This document shows, piece after piece, positions 58,511 through 64,000 of a stretch of 64,000 nt of DNA. This DNA comes from an uncultured Gemmatimonadales bacterium (lineage in GTDB: Bacteria > Gemmatimonadota > Gemmatimonadetes > Gemmatimonadales > Gemmatimonadaceae). Numbering within the stretch: the first letter of the stretch is position 1; the number at the start of each line of letters is the position of its first letter. The stretch lies in the NCBI GenBank assembly GCA_963850905.1, contig CAWKMU010000003.1, positions 768,001 through 832,000 of the forward strand, read 5' to 3'. Below the pieces are notes generated by a model, which ran no database searches, was not told where the DNA came from, and worked only from the letters and a program-made list of their open reading frames with translations. A program made the translations under genes and the position numbers.

Positions 58511-58613
58511 CTACTTTCTCCTCACTCCTTTCTACGCGTCCCGGAACGCGCGCGTCGTCTCCTTTCTCCTCACTCCTCTTTCCTCTCTACGCGTCCCGGA
58601 ACGCGCGCGTCGT
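58511..58613 (+). repeat. Tandem duplication (~50 bp) of a pyrimidine tract + ctacgcgtcccggaacgcgcgcgtcgt
   Basis: Two near-identical units visible directly. Confidence 0.75.
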
Positions 58614-58635
58614 GACGGTCGGGGTGCGCATTGTG

Positions 58636-59112
58636 ATGCTCGACCACGCAAGACCGCGCACTGTGCGCTTTGTCACCGCTGAGACCGCCCGTGCGGCCGA
58701 CATTGTGGGATGCGCAATCGCATCTCCGTTTCTCCAACGAGTCATGGACGAGGTGAAGCGTCAGCCACCGGGCGCCGCTGGCCTCGACGACTCCACCAAG
58801 CTCGAGACGGACGAGGGCCCGTTCCCCGCATTTGGTGTGACGCCCATCCAACCGTTGCAGCTGTTTGTCGAGATCGAGACCCTGAGAACCCTGGTGGCCG
58901 ACGCACTCGAGGCGCTGCGATGGAGCGAGACGCGGATCTGCACGAGCCCCGAGCGCACCGCCGCCTGGCAACGGGCCGTCGACCAACGACGCCGCTTCCT
59001 CACCTGGCTCACCGCACGAGGCCATGAGAAGGTCTTCCTCGCGATGTACCCGGAATACCTCCTCACGCACGAGCTGGATGAGGCGGACGGATCCGAAGAT
59101 CAACTCACCTGA
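58636..59112 (+). CDS. Hypothetical protein
   Basis: Protein-like ORF filling the gap; start uncertain (58612 GTG / 58636 ATG). Confidence 0.5.
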   Translation: MLDHARPRTVRFVTAETARAADIVGCAIASPFLQRVMDEVKRQPPGAAGLDDSTKLETDEGPFPAFGVTPIQPLQLFVEIETLRTLVADALEALRWSETRICTSPERTAAWQRAVDQRRRFLTWLTARGHEKVFLAMYPEYLLTHELDEADGSEDQLT

Positions 59113-60085
59113 CGCCTGCGGCTTCCGCGAGGTAGTCGTTGTAGGAGTGGCGCGCCCACCCGGCGTAGTGCGTGTTCGAGTGGTTCGTTTCATCTAGCAC
59201 GGCCAGCATCGCGGGAAGCCGCTCGCCGTAGTCAGGCGTTCGCAGCGCGATGGCCATGACGCCCAGATCGGCCGCGTCCAACCCCTGATAGGCCATCTCC
59301 AGATATGCACGGCTCGCTTGTCGGAGCTTCTCCGCCTGTGCGTCCGCGGGCGTGCCGTCAGCGGGGCTACTGAGCTCGTACAACATCAGTGTGAACCGTG
59401 GAAGCGCCGACAGCAGCATCCGCCGATCTGCGACACTCCCCTTCAACAGCTTGTTCTGAATGTCGCCGTTGACCGTCAGGTGAGCGGGACCGGCCATCGC
59501 ACGCACGGCGCGATACGCCTCTGCCAGCCCCGGAAGAAACCGTAGATTGCCCGCTCCCTTGTTCTCCGGTCGTTGCTGCGGCTCGATGTCGAGGTGAATG
59601 CCGTCGAACCGCTGTGTGGCATGTTCGCGGTTGAACTGCACGATCGCCTGGACGTGCTCCAGAAGTTTGTCGCGCGGCTTGCCCGGCTCGTCCGCATCGG
59701 TGCTCGACAACAGCGCCTCGACACGCACGCCGGATCGATGCAGTACCTCGATTGCGTGCATGAGCTCGCTCTCCTCCGAGGGGAGGTCGCGACTGCCCAC
59801 CGAGACATAGACCTCGGTCACCGCGTTCGCCTGGCAAAAGTCCCGCAACGTCTCCGCCGCGCGCGGTGCGGCGAAGACAGATGCACTCTTCCAAACCCAG
59901 AGTCCATGGAGCGTGGCACCGGCTCCGGTCGTGCTCGGACGTGCCGCCAGCGTCGACAGGAGGATAATGTGTGTCAGCCATCGGACTCGGCGCCCTGGCG
60001 GCGTCAATCGCAGTTTCGGGGAACGCACGTCCACGATGCTAGGCCGGACGGCTCGGAGCGTCCAATACTTTGGGCGGATCAACAC
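59105..60085 (-). CDS. Secreted TIM-barrel glycoside-hydrolase-like protein
   Basis: LWVW, EVYVS, LH..GVRVEAL, FDGIHLDIEP (GH18-like D.D.E), LMLYE; true start probably downstream of 60085. Confidence 0.55.
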   Translation of the reverse strand: MLIRPKYWTLRAVRPSIVDVRSPKLRLTPPGRRVRWLTHIILLSTLAARPSTTGAGATLHGLWVWKSASVFAAPRAAETLRDFCQANAVTEVYVSVGSRDLPSEESELMHAIEVLHRSGVRVEALLSSTDADEPGKPRDKLLEHVQAIVQFNREHATQRFDGIHLDIEPQQRPENKGAGNLRFLPGLAEAYRAVRAMAGPAHLTVNGDIQNKLLKGSVADRRMLLSALPRFTLMLYELSSPADGTPADAQAEKLRQASRAYLEMAYQGLDAADLGVMAIALRTPDYGERLPAMLAVLDETNHSNTHYAGWARHSYNDYLAEAAGVR

Positions 60086-60229
60086 GATAGCGGCGCGCTA
60101 TGACTGCGTGGCATCGCCGCATACCCGCCCCGCTGTCGTCGGCCATTCTTGACCACTAACCCCCAACGCCTGGCTCGTATACCTTGATCGCGAGCATCCG
60201 ATCGGCGCAGTCTACACGAGGATTGTGGC

Positions 60230-61324
60230 TTGGAGCTGCGTCACCTGCGCTACTTCGTCGCCGTTGCCGAGGAACGCCACGTCGGGCGCGCGGCCGGCCG
60301 CCTCAACGTCTCGCAACCGTCGCTGTCCGCTCAGATCCATGATCTCGAGCGCGAGCTGGGCGCACAGTTGTTCGAGCGCACACCGCGCGGCATGCAGTTG
60401 ACGCCGGCCGGCGAGAAGTTTCTGGCCCATGCGAGACGGACGCTTCGCGAAGCGGATCACGCCGTCGGTGCGGTCCGCGAGACGGACCACTCGGGGGATC
60501 GAGCCGAGTTGCGCGAGGCCCTGCAGACGTCGCTCGGCGCCAACTACACGATCGACCAACAGTTGGGGGGACGTAACTCGCGAGTGTTCGCCGCAACGGA
60601 GACCGCGCTGGCCCGGCGCGTCGTCGTCAAGGCGCTCCCGCGTGGACTCGCGGCCGGTGTCAGCGCAGAGCGATTCCGTCAGGAGGTGCAGTTCGCCGCG
60701 CGCCTGACTCATCCGCACATAGTTCCCGCCCTGGCGGCGGGCGGTGATGCCGAGCTGCTCTATTACACGATGCCATTCGTCGAAGGCGAGTCGCTCCGGA
60801 CTCGGTTGGGCCGCGAGCGGCAGCTACCCCTCGACGATGCGCTCACGATCGCGCGGGAAATCGCCGACGCGCTCGCGTACGCCCACGGCCAGTCCGTGGT
60901 GCACCGGGACATCACGCCGGACAACATCCTGCTCGCCGCCGGGCACGCACTCGTAACGAACTTCGGCATCGCGCGGGCCGTGAGCCGCGCGGGAGAGTCG
61001 GGCTTGACCGCGCCCGGCGTGATCCTGGGTACGCCGGCGTACATGTCGCCCGAGCAGGCTGGCGGAGCGCCCGACGTGGATGCCAGGAGCGATATCTACT
61101 CGTTGGCCGCGGTGTTGTTCGAGATGCTGGCGGGCGAGCCGCCCTTCACTGGCGCCACCGCGCAGGCCATCATCGCGAAACAACAGAGCACCGCGCCGCC
61201 ATCGCTCCAGTCGCGACGACCAAGCGTGCCCGAGCACATCGCGCGTGCGGTCGCACGAGGGCTCTCACCGATTCCGGCCGACCGGTTCCAGAGCGCGCGG
61301 GCATTTGCTGCGGCACTCGTGTGA
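60230..61324 (+). CDS. LysR-type HTH fused to Ser/Thr (pseudo)kinase domain
   Basis: ELRHLRYFVAVAEE.HVGRAA..LNVSQPSLS.QI..LE.ELG..LFER..LTPAG then VVVK, HPHIV, HRDITPDN, NFG, GTPAYMSPEQ, SDIYSL in one frame. Confidence 0.9.
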   Translation: MELRHLRYFVAVAEERHVGRAAGRLNVSQPSLSAQIHDLERELGAQLFERTPRGMQLTPAGEKFLAHARRTLREADHAVGAVRETDHSGDRAELREALQTSLGANYTIDQQLGGRNSRVFAATETALARRVVVKALPRGLAAGVSAERFRQEVQFAARLTHPHIVPALAAGGDAELLYYTMPFVEGESLRTRLGRERQLPLDDALTIAREIADALAYAHGQSVVHRDITPDNILLAAGHALVTNFGIARAVSRAGESGLTAPGVILGTPAYMSPEQAGGAPDVDARSDIYSLAAVLFEMLAGEPPFTGATAQAIIAKQQSTAPPSLQSRRPSVPEHIARAVARGLSPIPADRFQSARAFAAALV

Positions 61325-61378
61325 GCCTGGCGGCCGACGTCGAATGACGCCGCCGCGCCGATCGCGAGCGATCACCGA

Positions 61379-62614
61379 GTGAATCCAGGCTTTGCTCCGC
61401 GGAGCGCCGGACGCGCCGCGTTTGCGTTCATTTTCGTCACCGTCGCCCTCGACATGTTGGCGCTCGGCATCATCGTGCCGGTCCTGCCGACGCTCATCGT
61501 GTCGTTCGAGGGCGGATCGATCGCGCGGGCGTCGACCATCACCGGATGGTTCGGCTTTGCCTGGGCGCTGATGCAGTTCCTCTGCTCACCGACGATCGGC
61601 ACGCTCTCCGATCGCTTTGGGCGCCGACCGGTGATCCTGCTGTCGAACCTTGGTCTCGGGCTCGACTACCTCGTGATGGCCGTCGCGCCGTCGGTCGGCT
61701 GGCTGTTTCTCGGCCGAGTGCTGTCGGGCATCACCTCATCGAGCTACCCGACGGCAACAGCGTATGTGGCTGACGTGACCCCAGCCGACCAGCGCGCGGC
61801 GCGTTTCGGCATGCTCGGCGCAGCGTTCGGCCTCGGGTTCGTCATCGGGCCGGCCGTGGGCGGACTCCTCGGCGCTATCGATCTCCGCCTGCCGTTCTGG
61901 GTCGCCGCCGCGTTGAGTCTGGCGAATTTCGCCTACGGGTTTTTCATTCTGCCCGAGTCGCTCCCCCGAGAGCGGCGGGGCCGCGTGGAATGGCGCATGG
62001 CCCACCCGTTCGGAGCGATCGCGTTTCTCCGGTCGCGCGCCGCACTCCTGGGACTCGGCGTCGCCGCATTTCTCTATTACGTCGCCCACGAAGTGTTGCC
62101 GAGTCTCTACGTGCTGTACACCGAGTACCGATACACCTGGAACGAACGACAGATCGGGATTTCGCTCGCGGCCATCGGCGTGTGCACCACGATCGTGTCC
62201 GCCTTCCTCGTCGGCCCGGTCGTCGCGCGACTCGGCGAACGTCGCTCACTCGCGTTGGGATATGCGTGCATGACGACCGCCTTCTCCGTGTTCGCCATCG
62301 CGGCCGCGGGGAACGCGTTCCTCTGCGGGATCCCGTTCGTCTCGCTGAGTGGCATCGCCAGCCCATCGCTGCAGGCACTCGCAACCCGTCACGTCGACAG
62401 CACCGAGCAAGGCCAACTCCAAGGCGCGCTGAGCAGCCTGCGGGGCGTCGGCATGATGATCGGACCGCTGCTCTTCACCCAGACCTTCACCTGGTCCCTG
62501 CAACTCCCCCACCCATTCCCCGCCGCCCCCATGTGGCTCGCCGCCACATGCGTGGGTATTGCCGGATTTGCGGGATGGCTGGCGACCGCGCCACGGGCAG
62601 CGCAAGCGGTGTAG
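61379..62614 (+). CDS. TCR/Tet family MFS efflux transporter
   Basis: LD...GII.PVLP, MQF..P..G.LSDRFGRRPV, AYVADVT, GAAFGLGFVIGP..GG, QGQLQG. Confidence 0.92.
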   Translation: MNPGFAPRSAGRAAFAFIFVTVALDMLALGIIVPVLPTLIVSFEGGSIARASTITGWFGFAWALMQFLCSPTIGTLSDRFGRRPVILLSNLGLGLDYLVMAVAPSVGWLFLGRVLSGITSSSYPTATAYVADVTPADQRAARFGMLGAAFGLGFVIGPAVGGLLGAIDLRLPFWVAAALSLANFAYGFFILPESLPRERRGRVEWRMAHPFGAIAFLRSRAALLGLGVAAFLYYVAHEVLPSLYVLYTEYRYTWNERQIGISLAAIGVCTTIVSAFLVGPVVARLGERRSLALGYACMTTAFSVFAIAAAGNAFLCGIPFVSLSGIASPSLQALATRHVDSTEQGQLQGALSSLRGVGMMIGPLLFTQTFTWSLQLPHPFPAAPMWLAATCVGIAGFAGWLATAPRAAQAV

Positions 62615-62621
62615 CAAAAAC

Positions 62622-62787
62622 AACGGCGGGGTTAGGGGTCAGGGGTCAGGGGAACAGACCGAAAGGTCTGGTTCACTGTGCACAATGCCCGCCTTGGACC
62701 GGTAGGGGCGACGCATTGCGTCGCCCGTCGTTGTCGTTGCGGTTGTCGTTCCCTGACCCCTGACCCCTGACCCCTGACCCCGCCGTT
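62622..62787 (+). repeat. Complete composite REP element with AACGGCGGGG...CCCCGCCGTT ends (core 62702-62726)
   Basis: Both inverted ends, (GGGGTCA)n and (TGACCCC)n arrays. Confidence 0.92.
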
Positions 62788-62797
62788 TTAGTCCCTA

Positions 62798-64000
62798 CTA
62801 CCTCACCAACTCCACCCGCCGGTTGCGCGCGCGACCAACCAGCGTCGAGTTCGAATCGACAGGCGATGCCGAGCCAAATCCGTTCGACGTCAGGCGCTTG
62901 GTCGCGATCTGAAAGCCGCTGATCAGCGTGTCCCGGACCGCTGCCGCACGACGCTTGGACAGCGCGAGGTTGTAGACATCGCCCCCGATGCTGTCAGTGT
63001 AGCCGTTGATCGCGAGCGTCCAGTCGGGATTCTTGTGCATGAGATCTGCGATCTCATGCAGCACAGGACCGGACTGCTTCTTGATCTTGGCCTGTGCGAA
63101 ATCGAAGTAGATCCCGTACACGAGGACCTTCCGGTCGCGCTTCAAAGCCTGCTCCATGCGCTGCTCGCTGGCGGCTGCACCTGCCCCACCACCGCCGCCG
63201 CTACCACTGCCACCGCCACCGCCACCGCCGCTACCGCCACTGCCGCCACCACCCGCGGCGCCGCCACTCCCTGCAGCGGCCGATCCGCCCGCGCCTGCGC
63301 CCGCGCCACCGCCTCCACCACCACCACCACCACCACCGCCGCCGCCACCGCCGCCCGAGCCGTTGCCCCCGGCCCCGCCGGCAGCGCCGCCACCAGCAGC
63401 CAGCCCAAGATCGCCACCACCTCCTCCACCGCCACCTCCTCCACCTGCACTGCCAGCGATTTCGACATCGGCATCAGCGATATGCACGACCTGGAGTTGT
63501 GTCGTATCGAGTTGCAGTATGCCTTTGACCGTCCGGAACCCGGTCTTGTTCGTGCCACGCAGCACCGAATCGGGCACCCCATCGAGCGTGGTGTCCTTCT
63601 GCAAATCCATCGTCCTCCAGGTGAGGACAATCGGATCTTTCGGATCATCGAGGATGAAGTACTCGCAGTCGACGTGGCGGATCTCGGCGCCGTTTCGCGC
63701 GATGGTTGGCGTTCTGATCGTATCGCACTGCGCATGCACGGCGGGCAGCACGACGGGCTGGTCATTCAAAATGACCGGAACGCCAACAGGATGCGGCTCG
63801 ACACGACGGATCCAGTGTCCGCGGTCCTCGAGGTCCCCAAAGTCCGGCATCATGACCCGCACATAGACCCTGTGTCCGGTCTTGATGGCGGCGAGGAGCC
63901 GTGCGGAGAAGGTGATGCCCGTCGTACCCGTATCGGTCTCGGGCGGCTCCGTCGTCGGTCTGGAAAGGAAGACTGGCGCGAAGCCACATGCGGTATCCTG
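62798..64000 (-). CDS. OmpA-family peptidoglycan-binding protein with very long Gly-rich linker; 5' end outside window
   Basis: YGIYFDF..I..GYTDSIG..YNL.LS..RA..V..GFG..P..N..GRARNRRVEL; frame open to 64000. Confidence 0.88.
   Translation of the reverse strand, partial: QDTACGFAPVFLSRPTTEPPETDTGTTGITFSARLLAAIKTGHRVYVRVMMPDFGDLEDRGHWIRRVEPHPVGVPVILNDQPVVLPAVHAQCDTIRTPTIARNGAEIRHVDCEYFILDDPKDPIVLTWRTMDLQKDTTLDGVPDSVLRGTNKTGFRTVKGILQLDTTQLQVVHIADADVEIAGSAGGGGGGGGGGGDLGLAAGGGAAGGAGGNGSGGGGGGGGGGGGGGGGGAGAGAGGSAAAGSGGAAGGGGSGGSGGGGGGGSGSGGGGGAGAAASEQRMEQALKRDRKVLVYGIYFDFAQAKIKKQSGPVLHEIADLMHKNPDWTLAINGYTDSIGGDVYNLALSKRRAAAVRDTLISGFQIATKRLTSNGFGSASPVDSNSTLVGRARNRRVELVR

Noticed and set aside
60186..60203. 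LysR T-N11-A box upstream of the fusion gene (GATC-N10-GATC)
   Set aside because: The dyad gives T-N12-A, off by one; not supportable.
63156..63866. Poly-proline ORF on + strand
   Set aside because: Antisense reading of the Gly-rich linker of the OmpA gene.

Overview
This is a high-GC chromosomal segment. Gene style suggests Gemmatimonadota (inference only): many carboxypeptidase-regulatory-domain and Oar-like outer-membrane proteins, PknB-type kinases, a CHAT protein and an ECF/anti-sigma/Spy module. Core content: a K/R-rich histone-like gene cut by the left edge, an M28 peptidase, an arginine cluster (argC-B-D-GNAT divergent from argR-G-H, with tandem ARG-box-like operators), an outer-membrane gene block (21-32 kb), ROK, CHAT, a GRP sugar transporter, a cold-shock gene, ispG, a split iorB/iorA molybdoenzyme, an M61 peptidase, a TetA-like MFS transporter and a partial OmpA-family gene. 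Intergenic DNA carries about 20 copies of a GTAG-type REP, mostly inside a MITE-like shell of inverted heptamer arrays, and almost all lie on the same strand. Four genes have single-base insertions in short homopolymers, probably sequencing errors. Best candidates for undescribed systems: (1) two tandem signal-peptide-bearing Hcp/tail-tube-like genes sharing a conserved 62-bp upstream block, with no T6SS genes in the window; (2) a LysR-HTH fused to a degenerate Ser/Thr kinase domain; (3) an orphan GIY-YIG + VirD4/TraG two-gene cassette with its own AT-rich promoter, lying between REPs; (4) a degenerate [FeFe]-hydrogenase/Nar1-like gene divergent from a Crp/Fnr regulator. All family calls come from motif recognition by eye; no searches were run.
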